Shown here in pieces: positions 19,713 to 30,336 of a stretch of 64,000 nt of DNA; position 1 is the stretch's first letter, and each line of letters begins with the position of its first letter. Location of the stretch: positions 384,001-448,000 of the forward strand of contig CAVSHF010000005.1 of the NCBI GenBank assembly GCA_963727805.1. The letters run 5' to 3'. A program made the translations under genes and the position numbers. The notes beneath the pieces are model-generated. The model saw only the letters and a list, made by a program, of their open reading frames with translations. It had not been told where the DNA came from and did no database searches. The stretch comes from an uncultured Nitrospiraceae bacterium (lineage in GTDB: Bacteria; Nitrospirota; Thermodesulfovibrionia; Thermodesulfovibrionales; Dissulfurispiraceae).

Positions 19713-20903
19713 CTAATCATAAAGCGTCCGAGAGGTCAAGTAGTACCAGCTGTCATTTATATAACTAGCAAATACTATCCTATTTCTACCTTCTTCCTTC
19801 GCTTTATAGAGGGCATCGTCAGCAGATTTTACTAAATCAATCATGGTCGTGTCCCGGGTCGGTATTATTGAAGCAACGCCGATGCTAACAGTAAGATAAT
19901 CGCTTATGCCGGACGTTTCATGCGGGATCTTCAGTGCCTCGACGTCCATACATATCTTTGTCGCGAAACGTATCGCTTTTTGCTCCTCCTGCATGGAAAA
20001 TATAACCGCAAATTCTTCGCCACCAAAACGAGCAGCTATATCTCCGTGGCGCTGTGCATCGCGCTTCAGGGTCTTTGCGACCTGCCGCAAGCTTTCATCA
20101 CCCTTCAGATGGCCGTAAGTATCATTGTATCTCTTGAATTGGTCTACGTCTATCATCATCAGTGATATTTTATACTCGCCTCGCTGAGCACGCTTCCATT
20201 CATCGTCCAGAGAGACGTCAAAAGCACGCCTGTTTGAAATGCCGGTCAGGCTGTCAAGCGTTGATGAACGCCACAGTAGTTCTTCCGCCTGTTTGCGCTC
20301 GGTGATGTCGTGATAGATTGCCGAAGCACCCGTGATCTTTCCGGAAGCATCCTTAATCGGTGACATCGTCAAAGACACATCTATCAAGGTGCCGTCCTTT
20401 TTCATGCGCACTGTTTCATAGCTCTCGACGCATTGTCCATTGACGATCCTTGAAATGATAACAGGGGTTTCGTCGGAATGATCTGGTGGAACCAGCAGTG
20501 AGATATAACGGCCTGCAACCTCCTCTTTGGTATAGCCGTAGAGCCTTTGCGCACCCGAGTTCCAAGTCGCTATAATTCCTTCGAGGCTTTGACTAATAAT
20601 GGCGTCATCTGAGAATTCGACGATTGAAGCCAGTACTGCCAGTTCGCTCGCCAATCGTATTAACAGGCGGCCGATAATAAAAGCAACTATTAGGGAGACA
20701 GTAGCCGCAGAGATCACAAAATCAGAAGTGACCTCCCCATAGAAATAAATACTGCAGGGCACTACCAGGATCTCCGCAAGGATAACCGCACACAACATTG
20801 AGAAGAAAAGAAGAGGCAACGGCCTCACCTTGGTCAGCCGACTGATAAGAAGCTTTTCGATATCAGCCATTGAACGCATGTGATATAATGTTTCCTCTCT
20901 CAC
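19713..20903 (-). CDS. Membrane PAS-GGDEF diguanylate cyclase
   Basis: Two TM segments, PAS/PAC, DSLTG, RHGD I-site, GGEEF. Confidence 0.92.
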   Translation of the reverse strand: MREETLYHMRSMADIEKLLISRLTKVRPLPLLFFSMLCAVILAEILVVPCSIYFYGEVTSDFVISAATVSLIVAFIIGRLLIRLASELAVLASIVEFSDDAIISQSLEGIIATWNSGAQRLYGYTKEEVAGRYISLLVPPDHSDETPVIISRIVNGQCVESYETVRMKKDGTLIDVSLTMSPIKDASGKITGASAIYHDITERKQAEELLWRSSTLDSLTGISNRRAFDVSLDDEWKRAQRGEYKISLMMIDVDQFKRYNDTYGHLKGDESLRQVAKTLKRDAQRHGDIAARFGGEEFAVIFSMQEEQKAIRFATKICMDVEALKIPHETSGISDYLTVSIGVASIIPTRDTTMIDLVKSADDALYKAKEEGRNRIVFASYINDSWYYLTSRTLYD

Positions 20904-21054
20904 TCAGCGGCATAATGACCGGCGTATGATTTTTATTGCTAATGTCATGTGTGCGGTATTTTAGTGACTGAAAACACAGGTCGACCTGCCAAAAAGGTAG
21001 AGACTTCGAAGACACTAAAATGCTGACAAATATTAAGACCTTTCCTAACAGCTC

Positions 21055-21345
21055 TCTTTCTTTGTCGATGGCCGCAGCGGTTGGGATACAACCTACAGTA
21101 CTTGTTGAGATTACCTGTTGGTGGGATAAGTCTACGATAGAAACCGAATTGGAAAGCTCGTTTGCAACTACTGCCTTGTTCGTATACTGGTTAATCGCGA
21201 CGCTGTTAGGACCGAACCCGACAGGAATGTCGACCGCCTCTGCCTGAGAGTATCCAAACGGATTGATAAGGAAGAAGATAGATAAAACCAGAACTAATGG
21301 AATACCATTGACAACAGATTTCGTGGAAGCCCTCCGATGCGGCAT
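21055..21345 (-). pseudogene. 5' fragment of a secreted YVTN beta-propeller protein
   Basis: Signal peptide + IPVGFGPNSVAIN...VANELSNSVSIVDL, truncated after about 1.5 blades. Confidence 0.6.
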
Positions 21346-21403
21346 TGTTTATAGTTCTGTCTATTTAGAATGCTTAGGTCTGATGCTCAATCCGACAGTC
21401 CCC

Positions 21404-21447
21404 AAAAAGGCCGCACTACCAAAGGCTAAACCTTCAGCAGCGCGGCC
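21404..21447 (-). terminator. Intrinsic terminator in the leader of the YVTN gene
   Basis: GGCCGCGCTGCTGAAGG-TTTAG-CCTTTGGTAGTGCGGCC-TTTTT. Confidence 0.7.
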
Positions 21448-21880
21448 CTTTAAATCGAAAAGGTCAATCGCTCTCTGGCCCCTCCGCAGAAGGCTACAAC
21501 TCAGATAAGTTATAATAAATCTACAACGCTCCCAAGAGTAGCATAGTATTTTTGTCATTGTCAAGAACGCGTGACTATTTTCATTATTGCAAAATCAATG
21601 AGATACATTTACTTTTATCGCGCAAAGGTCTGTATTATGTGTAAAAACAAATTCCATATTCTTGACATCTCGATGTCCCTGAGGATGGCCTTGCAAGATT
21701 GTCGGACGCCCCGTTTCTATCTCCTTCGCTTACGCATGAAAAGCTTTATTTAAACATTCGCTCTGGCAAGCATGCAAGTCAATAAATGATTCACCTGCGA
21801 GTCAGCATGATGTTCAGCATGTTAAACTATTAAACTAATTCTTCTGGTTAGTAAGATTGCCACGACGACTAGAGACACGG

Positions 21881-24274
21881 TTAGCGAATTGACTTTATTA
21901 ACCAGTCCGAACTCAGGAAATTTTCTACGACTTCTGGGTCAAAATGTATCCCTGCCTGCTTGCGTATATATTCCAAGGTTTTCTCTTTTGTCCATGCCGA
22001 ACGATATGGCCGGTCGGATAGTAGCGCGTCAAATACATCCACAACTGAGAAAATGCGAGCTGCAAGGGGAATCGGATCACCCTTCAGACCGCGTGGGTAA
22101 CCCGTTCCATCCCATTTTTCATGGTGACAATATGGAATATCAATTGCCTTTCTAAGGAACGAAATAGGAGAGAGTATTTCGTATGCTATAATTGGATGTT
22201 TTTTCATGATTTCCATCTCTTCATCGGTTAGCTTGCCGGGTTTAAGCAGGATACCATCCGGGACGCCGAGTTTCCCGATGTCATGTAACAGTGCACCTCT
22301 ACGGATCTGTACCAGATCTTCATCGCCAATGCCCATTGATTGAGCCATCTTTACTGTCATCTCAGTGACACGTTGTGAATGACCTTCTGTCTCTTTATCG
22401 CGGTAATCGAGGGCACGAGACCATCCTTCCAGAGTAGTGTCATATGCAAGAGCAAGCTCAGTATTAGAGCGTTCAAGTTCATTAAACATCTCTGCATTGT
22501 CTATGGCAATCGCCGATTGAACCCCCAGGGCTTCTAAGAAGTCCAGCCACTCTTGGTCAGCGTTGATAGCGGCGCGATGGAAGATTTCGAGTACTCCTTT
22601 TATATGCCCTTTGGAGCTGAGCGGGACGGCAAAGTATTCGACAAATCCTTCATTAGTCAAGAGTGGAGAGCGTGCAAACCCATCTTTACACACTGATAGA
22701 TCTCGGACTCGAACGGTGCGTTTTTCATGGGCAGCAACGCCAGCGTGACCTTCGCCAAGTCTTAACCGGGTGTGTCTCAAGGCGCTGGTGTTGAAGCCAC
22801 GTCCATCGACGTATTCCAAAGTTTGTGTATATGGATTGAGGAGGAGGATATCGCAAGCATCCACATGTAATTGATTAGCTACTTCGTTGAGGATAATCTT
22901 GATGCTGATGCGCATGTCAAGGCTTGAAGTAATAGCCATGTCGATGTTACGGAGGGCTGAAAGTCTTTGCATTTGAGTCTCAATTTGCTGCTCTGCCTTC
23001 TTGCGTCCGGTGACGTCCCTGACTATGTGTATCATACCAACCACGTGCTGACGGCTGTCAAACCGAGGGATGGCACTTATCTCAATGAACTTATTCAGGT
23101 GGGGTTCGAACGTTTCAGATGTGTTCGGCTCTCCTGTTAAGAAGCATTGGCAGCTCGGACATTCCTTGGGTGGAGAGCCTGTGCCATGGTAATGCTCATA
23201 ACATTTTGCTCTCGAAACTTCCAGACAAGGAAGACCGAGTATCTTTTCGGCGGCCTTGTTTGACCGTATGATATTGAAGTCCTTGTCATGGACGGTGATC
23301 ATGTCAGTTATGGTGTTAAACGTTTCTTCCCAGTCATGCGAAATTTGAAAGACCTTTTCTTCCATTTTTTTCCGTTCTGAGATGTCGGCAATTATTGCTA
23401 CCAGTGCCTTGAGCTTCCCTTCGGGTCCCTCTACTCTCCTAGCAGAAACATAGCCCCAGAAATCGCTTCCATCTTTTCGAACGTAATGCCGCTCGGTGCT
23501 GACACTATCAATCTCTCCAGTTATATGTCGCCTCATGGTTTTTTCAGCAATCGCTCTCTCCGATGAATGCAAATGCTTAGAATAGTAAGTGCCGATAAAT
23601 TCAGAAAGCGCATAGCCGAGCATTTCCGCCATACGTTGGTTGGCAAAAATTAATTTCCCTTCGGAATCAAATAGGACAATGCCTGCCAATGAAGTCTCAA
23701 AGATTATTCGCAGCTCCTCCTCTCTCTCTTGCAACGACTCCTCAGCACGCTTTCGCTCAGAGATGTCTTGCAGAGTTTCGATAACTGCAACCATCTCGCC
23801 TTTTGTATTCAGAATAGGTGATGCGTCAAAAATGATATATCTGTTCCGCCCATTTAAGTTCTGATACCAGCCTTCTGACTGTAATCCATTTTTCAGCAGG
23901 GTAGACTGCGCATATTTGCCGTAGAGCGAACCCATGTCGTCGAAAGTACCATCAATTATGATATCTGCAAGTACCGGACGTTTATGCGTATAAAATGGTT
24001 TCCATTGATGATCTGTATCTTTCATATAAGAGGCTGGAATACCTGTAAGTTCTTCGCATGCTCTGTTCCATAGAACAACCTTATGATGCCGATTCAGAAC
24101 AAACGTGGCTACCGCTGAATTCTCTATTAATTCTTCTGTGAACCGCTCCTGTTCCTTTATAGATTCTTCCTCGTACTTCCGTTCTGTGTTCCTGGGCTCC
24201 AAATGAGCGATATTCCCGCGAAGAGTTATCAATTCATCGATGAGTTGTTTTTTCGTTTTAGCTTTATCTTCCAT
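21881..24274 (-). CDS. PAS-PAS-PAS-GAF-HD-GYP phosphodiesterase
   Basis: Repeated DISERK PAC linkers, GAF, HDIGK, HHEKWDGTGYP. Confidence 0.92.
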   Translation of the reverse strand: MEDKAKTKKQLIDELITLRGNIAHLEPRNTERKYEEESIKEQERFTEELIENSAVATFVLNRHHKVVLWNRACEELTGIPASYMKDTDHQWKPFYTHKRPVLADIIIDGTFDDMGSLYGKYAQSTLLKNGLQSEGWYQNLNGRNRYIIFDASPILNTKGEMVAVIETLQDISERKRAEESLQEREEELRIIFETSLAGIVLFDSEGKLIFANQRMAEMLGYALSEFIGTYYSKHLHSSERAIAEKTMRRHITGEIDSVSTERHYVRKDGSDFWGYVSARRVEGPEGKLKALVAIIADISERKKMEEKVFQISHDWEETFNTITDMITVHDKDFNIIRSNKAAEKILGLPCLEVSRAKCYEHYHGTGSPPKECPSCQCFLTGEPNTSETFEPHLNKFIEISAIPRFDSRQHVVGMIHIVRDVTGRKKAEQQIETQMQRLSALRNIDMAITSSLDMRISIKIILNEVANQLHVDACDILLLNPYTQTLEYVDGRGFNTSALRHTRLRLGEGHAGVAAHEKRTVRVRDLSVCKDGFARSPLLTNEGFVEYFAVPLSSKGHIKGVLEIFHRAAINADQEWLDFLEALGVQSAIAIDNAEMFNELERSNTELALAYDTTLEGWSRALDYRDKETEGHSQRVTEMTVKMAQSMGIGDEDLVQIRRGALLHDIGKLGVPDGILLKPGKLTDEEMEIMKKHPIIAYEILSPISFLRKAIDIPYCHHEKWDGTGYPRGLKGDPIPLAARIFSVVDVFDALLSDRPYRSAWTKEKTLEYIRKQAGIHFDPEVVENFLSSDWLIKSIR

Positions 24275-25298
24275 GCGTACCTATCAAAAAAAGAGTGCTG
24301 CTTATACGGAGCTTCGATTATAGAGCAACCTTATTACATCAGCGTAGAAAAACAATGCCGCAAAAAGGAGCAACAGTCAGTGAAAGCGCAGTGCTTTAAT
24401 ATTGCAACTTCTTCTCATCGTAATCTCAGCATATCGGTCCTTCTACGAAGTCTGTTTTTTTGCGGTAGAAGAATATCGCGTACCCAACAATTCTAAGCAC
24501 AAATATAGTAGTCATCTACATTTTTCCCGTCGGTGCTTCGATAACAATGAGCAGTTATGCGTGAACCTAAAAATGGACTTCTCTTTTCCCGCATATTGTT
24601 CCACGTCGCATCATATTGTTCGGCAATAAACCAATCACCCTCAGATGTTTTACCCTCTTTTTTTCTGTTTTGGCAGTTTCCTGAACTTTATATAATAGAC
24701 TGCATACCTCTACGGGTTCCAAGGATTCGCTTTCTCCTGCAGGCTGTCGGTATACATAGGCACCTATGCCTATGCCAATTATAGTAATGCCAAATAGTAT
24801 CAGATAGAACATGAATTGTTGTCCTTTCTATTATTCTCGGCAAAAATCAGAATTTCTTGAAAATGGGTAGTAAGGTCTGTTCGTACACCTCAAGCCACTT
24901 GTGACACGTTCTTCCCGGAACTCAACACCTCTGGTGAAATGTCCTCGGTTAGGAGTATCAAGTGGACAGCGCATCCTTGCCAGAGAGGGCACGCCTCCCG
25001 ATTACAGGAAGAACATCTCCGTGCATAGTTCGGCTAGAAGTCAGATGCCGAAGTTGGCGGTTTTACTCAAAATAAATGAGGTGTCCGAACTGCGCTGGAA
25101 TATCCAGGTATGTCAGCTTGATAAAACAAGCAGGCCACAAAGGGGCGTACAACTCACCATTCTCCCCCCACCTCGACCATATATCTTTACCGATGGCGCA
25201 CAGGAAGGTTTTAAATAGTTATAATATCAACAGGATGAAAGTTTGCAAACAGGATGAATTTTGTTATTGTAATGAAGGATGGAAATGGGGAGGATTCA

Positions 25299-26927
25299 AT
25301 GAGATGGTTTAATGATTTGAGCGTAAGCCGAAAACTGATAGGGGTCTTCAGTCTGATTTTCATTTTGGTCGGATTTGCATCCGGCTTTACTTTGCTTCAA
25401 TTGAAGAATATAAATGGAGATATCAAGAATATAATTAAGAATCAATATGAAAAGACATCAAACTTGAACGAATGGAAGGTTAATGTCCTTAAGATAGCAG
25501 GGCGTTCACGGGAGGCATTGCTGTTTGCCGAGAAAGAACAGTTGGATGCTGGGATAAAAAGGATCGAGGATTCTCAGATAATTATAGTCGACAAATCGAA
25601 ATCCCTCGAACAAACAGTCAAGGATGACGAGGGAAAGAAATTGCTCTCTCAACTGTTAACGGCAAAAAAAGATTATGATCCTCTGGTTGAAACGGTGTTT
25701 AAGCTTATGAGGGAAGGGAAAAAACAGGATGCGCTATCTTTTATTACAGAGGATTTTAACGCTGCCCAAAAGATATATCTGGATAGTTTGGATGCGAACA
25801 TCGCTTTTCAGAAAAGCGTGATGGACGTTATCGAAAGGGATGCTGACAAGCGGATCATTAATACTTTTCTAATCCTTTTTTTGATTGGCGCCATTTTCAT
25901 AATAGTAAGTGTTGCAACGGTGCTTATTTTGAAGAAAGGGATAGCGGGCCCACTTTCGCGGGGGGTTGTCCTGGCCGAGGCTATTGCATCGGGTGACCTG
26001 ACGAAAGAATTCACCACAGAGAGAAAAGATGAGGTAGGGGGTTTACTGAAGGCTTTTGAGAAAATGAGACGGAAGTTAAGGGAGAATATTCACCGTGTTT
26101 CGGAAACGTCCAATCTTCTTGCCATGACATCCGAAGAGTTATCATCTGCTGCAAGTCAAATCACCGGTAATATAAACGAGCAGGAGTCAATGGCGAACCA
26201 GATAGCTACGGCATCTGCCGAGATGTCACAAACAGTAATAGATGTTGCGAAGAACGCTTCCAATATCGCAGAGTCTGCAACGGAGACAGCCCGGATAGCA
26301 GAAGACGGCTCTTTAATTGTCAACGATACGGTAAGTAAGGTCAGGCAGATATCCGAAACCGTTGCGGCGTCAGCGCAACTCATGTCTTCTCTCGGCATTC
26401 GGTCAATGCAGATAGGCGAAATTATCAATGTCATAAAGGATATAGCCGATCAGACCAACCTGCTCGCGCTCAATGCAGCGATTGAGGCTGCCAGGGCTGG
26501 TGAACAGGGGAGAGGCTTTGCAGTTGTAGCTGATGAAGTTAGGAAGCTCGCTGAGAGGACCACAAAGGCTACAGCGGAAATAGGGGATATGATAAACGCT
26601 GTGCAGGATGAAACAAAGAGGGCTGTTTCAGCAATGGAAGAGGGCTCTGAAGAGGTTGAAAAGGGAGTGGCCCTCGCCACGCGGGCAGGAGAAGCGCTTG
26701 GGAAGATAGTTGAAAGTGTTAACGGATTACAGGCAATGGTGCAGCAGATTGCGACAGCGACGGAAGAAATGTCCGCAGTATCGGAAACTATAAGTCAGGA
26801 TATAGAGCGCATTGCGAACGCATCAAAAGAAACAAACGATACTGCTGCCAAAATGACGGACACATCGTTAAACCAGGCCAAATTATCACTCGATTTGAAG
26901 GATGCAATCATGGGGTTTAGATTATGA
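25299..26927 (+). CDS. Methyl-accepting chemotaxis protein (4HB sensor, HAMP, MA)
   Basis: [48 protein letters not shown] before ATG 25299. Confidence 0.94.
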   Translation: MRWFNDLSVSRKLIGVFSLIFILVGFASGFTLLQLKNINGDIKNIIKNQYEKTSNLNEWKVNVLKIAGRSREALLFAEKEQLDAGIKRIEDSQIIIVDKSKSLEQTVKDDEGKKLLSQLLTAKKDYDPLVETVFKLMREGKKQDALSFITEDFNAAQKIYLDSLDANIAFQKSVMDVIERDADKRIINTFLILFLIGAIFIIVSVATVLILKKGIAGPLSRGVVLAEAIASGDLTKEFTTERKDEVGGLLKAFEKMRRKLRENIHRVSETSNLLAMTSEELSSAASQITGNINEQESMANQIATASAEMSQTVIDVAKNASNIAESATETARIAEDGSLIVNDTVSKVRQISETVAASAQLMSSLGIRSMQIGEIINVIKDIADQTNLLALNAAIEAARAGEQGRGFAVVADEVRKLAERTTKATAEIGDMINAVQDETKRAVSAMEEGSEEVEKGVALATRAGEALGKIVESVNGLQAMVQQIATATEEMSAVSETISQDIERIANASKETNDTAAKMTDTSLNQAKLSLDLKDAIMGFRL

Positions 26928-26959
26928 CAGCATGGAGATAATTCTAGGGACACTATTCT

Positions 26960-27011
26960 ATGACAAAGAGTATACCATGAAAGATTTGTTCAGTGTTAGC
27001 AGGATTGGGTT
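26960..27011. repeat. 52-bp dispersed repeat (1 mismatch versus 40441-40492)
   Basis: ATGACAAAGAGTATACCATGAAAGATTTGTTCAGTG(T/G)TAGCAGGATTGGGTT. Confidence 0.85.
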
Positions 27012-27407
27012 GATAATCATTCGCGTGGCCAGTGCCTGAACTTTGATGATTAGAAAATAACTATCTTACCAGCAGTGTCGAGTGCTTCCTAGTATCACGC
27101 TGTGATCGGCATTGTTGATAAATCAGATGCGCACTGAGTATAAATACTTTCAAGAACCCAAACCCACGTCACGAGCAGAATCGAAAAATGAACGTTTTTG
27201 GCAAGATCTGGTGGCGTCAGTTATATAGTAGCCCGCAGTATCCCTGGAAATCGCACTTGCATTAGAGCCTCTGCAAAGTGAACGTCCGATCCTGTTCACA
27301 TTCTTTCATAATCTCTTCATTGCCAGTTCATAGTTATCTGGTAAACTCGAATCAGATTAGAAAAGAGGTTTTACCTCGACAAATCATATTAACATTAGGA
27401 AGCTATC

Positions 27408-27752
27408 ATGAAAAAGATAATCGGCACGATTCTCACGGGAAGCATCGTATGTATGTTCGCAGTCGCCCCAGCATTCGCCGCAAATAACGATCCCGGCATC
27501 GACCAGAGGGAGGTCAACCAGCAGAACAGGATTAACCAGGGGGTACAGAGTGGCCAGTTGACACCGAAGGAAACCGGCAAACTCGAAGCTCAACAGGCGA
27601 GGATCCAGCAGAGAGAAGATCGCATGGCGGCCAAAGATGGCGGCAACCTCACAGCAAAAGACAAAGCAAAACTCACTAAGCAACAGAACAAGGCTAGCAA
27701 AAATATCTATAAAAAGAAACACAACGACAAGACGGCAAACGTCGGCAAATAA
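27408..27752 (+). CDS. Secreted Gln/Lys-rich hypothetical protein
   Basis: Signal peptide ending AFA, QQNRINQGVQSGQLTPKE helical repeat. Confidence 0.75.
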   Translation: MKKIIGTILTGSIVCMFAVAPAFAANNDPGIDQREVNQQNRINQGVQSGQLTPKETGKLEAQQARIQQREDRMAAKDGGNLTAKDKAKLTKQQNKASKNIYKKKHNDKTANVGK

Positions 27753-27894
27753 AGCCGGCGATGGAGCGTGCGAATAAGAGATAATTGGTATCGGGGGCGA
27801 GTCAGACCGGACATATAGAGTCTAATCCGCTCATTAATTGGTGGCATATCGCCAGAATAAGTATACATCCATTGGTAATACTGAGGTGTATTAA

Positions 27895-28089
27895 ATGACC
27901 AAATGTCCCATCTGCCATAAGACCTACTGGTACGATAGCACAGAGAAGTGCGACTATTGTGATGGCACGACTTTCATTGGGCTAAGAAGATGTTCTAAGT
28001 GCAATAATGGACAAGTTTCGATCCGCAAGCCCTGCATGATTTGTAATCCTAAAGAGGAGATAAAGGATAGGCAGACTATAATTTATTGA
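27895..28089 (+). CDS. Small protein with four CxxC motifs (zinc-finger-like)
   Basis: CPIC, CDYC, CSKC, CMIC; GAGG RBS. Confidence 0.55.
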   Translation: MTKCPICHKTYWYDSTEKCDYCDGTTFIGLRRCSKCNNGQVSIRKPCMICNPKEEIKDRQTIIY

Positions 28090-28196
28090 CTATGACCTTG
28101 CCTATCTCTTTGGATACCGGATAATATTATTGAGAACTCTTTTTTGAGGGCTCCAAAATTTGATCACATGCATCATATATTTGACAGGAGAATCAC

Positions 28197-30068
28197 ATGA
28201 AGATTATTAAAGCTGTTTTGCTAGCGACAGTGCTGCTTTTGGTGCCGGGCTACGCCTTAGCTTCGAACTTTGGCTATATGCGAATAAGTCTCATTGAGGG
28301 TGACGTCCAGGTAAAGACACCCGAAGCAGGAGACTGGGGGCCCGCATCGATAAACGGACCGCTTGCCGAAGGTGATCAGATTTGGGTGCCAGAGGGAGGC
28401 AGAGTCGAACTTCAGTTGAACACTGGCTCATTTATCAGACTAGATCAGTATTCGTCACTCCAGGTATTGTCTATGGATAAGGACTCATCCCAGTTCTATC
28501 TCTCTCAGGGATATGCGTACATATTTTATGTTGCCCAAAGGGGAAGCGTAATCCAGGTCGATACTCCAGATGCGTCCACCCGAGCTTACGACAGGGCAAT
28601 TTTCAGAGTTGACACATCAGAGCAATACAGCGATGTGTCGGTCTACAAGGGCTATGTGGAAACGGAGAACCAGCTTGGAAAGACAAGGATAAATGCCGGT
28701 GATGTGCTGGTTCTTGGGCAAGACACTAATGGAGAGGTTGCGCCTATGGGTCCTCCCGATGAGTGGGAAAGATGGAACAAGACGAGAAATGACTACATCT
28801 TTGCAAGAAATGATATTAGTTCCCATTATCTTCCTGCGGAACTCAGAGTTTATTCTTCCGATTTTAACAATAGCGGTAGATGGGTACAGGTACCCGATTA
28901 CGGGTATTGTTGGATTCCCACGGTTGGTGTCTATACGGATTGGGCCCCTTACAGAAATGGCAGATGGATATGGAGAGGCGACGAATACGTCTGGGTTGGT
29001 AACGAGACATGGGGATGGACTCCGTATCATTATGGCAGATGGGCATTCGTGAATAGTGTGGGCTGGTGCTGGGTGCCGCCGGCAAGTGGCGATGTTTACT
29101 GGAGTCCCGGATATGTCGGATGGGTCAGGACAGGAGATTATGTTGCCTGGGTTCCACTGGCACCAAGAGAAACGTATTACGGCCGCGGGTATTACGGCCC
29201 TCACAGTGTGAACATCATCAATGTAAATATCGGCCAGATCAGCGTCACGAATGTATACAAGAATGTATATGTTAACAATGGCGCTACAGTCGTCAATCGC
29301 AGCACATTCAATACGGCTTCGCCGACCATTGTAAATGTGCATCAGAACGTAATACAGCAGAATATATTCGTAAGAAATAATATCAGTGTGGGCGGACCTC
29401 AGATACAACCGTCAAAGGCAAGCTACTTTGGATCTGATAAGCATATCGCACCTGCAAAACTTCCACCGCAGGATGTCAGAAACCTTTCAGTGAGACAACT
29501 AAAAGAGTCTCGTCCGTATACAAAAGATCCGGGCAGATCCGTCCTGAATCACGGTTCCAGAACGGAGACACTGCCGGTGAGCAAGGTAGCAGCTCCGCGG
29601 ATAGTGCACGAGGGTAAACCCACTATTCGACAGGTACGGCCTGCTGAGACGGGAAAGCCCGCAGGTTCACCAGCGCCAATAGGCGAAAGGCCTCAAGTGA
29701 AGCCACAGGAGAAGGGACAACCTTCAGGCTTACCAGCACCAATGGGCGAAAAGCCTCAAGTGAAGCCACAGGAGAAGGGACAACCTTCAGGCTTACCGGC
29801 GCCAATGGGCGAAAAGCCTCAAGTGAAGCCACAGGAGAAGGGACAACCTTCAGGCTTACCGGCGCCAATGGGCGAAAAGCCTCAAGTGAAGCCACAGGAG
29901 AAGGGGAAACCCGCAAGCTCACCGACACCTCAAGGGAAGAAGCCTCAAGTGAAACCACAGGAGAAGGGGAAACCCGCAAGCTCACCGACACCTCAAGAGA
30001 AGAAGCCTGTTGTGTCTGAGAAGGAACGGAAAGGTCCAAAAGAGAATATAGAAGAACGCGACAGATAA
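28197..30068 (+). CDS. Secreted FecR-domain/DUF6600-like protein with Pro-rich repeat tail
   Basis: Signal peptide, RISLIEGDV FecR-like N-terminus, WAPYRNGRW / WGWTPYHYGRW / WVPLAPRE motifs. Confidence 0.8.
   Translation: MKIIKAVLLATVLLLVPGYALASNFGYMRISLIEGDVQVKTPEAGDWGPASINGPLAEGDQIWVPEGGRVELQLNTGSFIRLDQYSSLQVLSMDKDSSQFYLSQGYAYIFYVAQRGSVIQVDTPDASTRAYDRAIFRVDTSEQYSDVSVYKGYVETENQLGKTRINAGDVLVLGQDTNGEVAPMGPPDEWERWNKTRNDYIFARNDISSHYLPAELRVYSSDFNNSGRWVQVPDYGYCWIPTVGVYTDWAPYRNGRWIWRGDEYVWVGNETWGWTPYHYGRWAFVNSVGWCWVPPASGDVYWSPGYVGWVRTGDYVAWVPLAPRETYYGRGYYGPHSVNIINVNIGQISVTNVYKNVYVNNGATVVNRSTFNTASPTIVNVHQNVIQQNIFVRNNISVGGPQIQPSKASYFGSDKHIAPAKLPPQDVRNLSVRQLKESRPYTKDPGRSVLNHGSRTETLPVSKVAAPRIVHEGKPTIRQVRPAETGKPAGSPAPIGERPQVKPQEKGQPSGLPAPMGEKPQVKPQEKGQPSGLPAPMGEKPQVKPQEKGQPSGLPAPMGEKPQVKPQEKGKPASSPTPQGKKPQVKPQEKGKPASSPTPQEKKPVVSEKERKGPKENIEERDR
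29650..30007 (+). repeat. 63-bp coding tandem repeat (about 5.5 units)
   Basis: KPQVKPQEKGQPSGLPAPMGE 21-aa unit and variants. Confidence 0.9.
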
Positions 30069-30336
30069 ACAAATCGCACTTAAGGGAGAGGGTACATTGC
30101 CTCTCCCTTAGGCCCAAACTTCTACTGACAACAATCAGTCCCGCCAGTGCCAGAAATATGATGACTTGCGAAATAATCTATCGTGACTGCTTTGTCGATT
30201 GAATATTTGTAACACGCAGCGATCTGCATCGCTGCGTGATGTGATGTCCAACTGGAAGTGCCCATGAATTAATGACCACGACCAACCCATAACTGTCATT
30301 TTTTGTACTCGGGGCGACAGGGATCTTAATTAGGCT

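Noticed and set aside
20940..21055. Possible IS end (CTGTTAGGAAAGGTC) truncating the YVTN gene
   Set aside because: No partner inverted repeat or transposase in the window to support it.
29650..30007. Regular repeats as a possible CRISPR array
   Set aside because: Contiguous in-frame coding units with no unique spacers and no cas genes.
30081..30110. Hairpin TAAGGGAGA...TCTCCCTTA shared with 37301-37325
   Set aside because: Only the 9-bp stem is shared and flanks are unrelated; most simply a terminator-like hairpin and coincidence.
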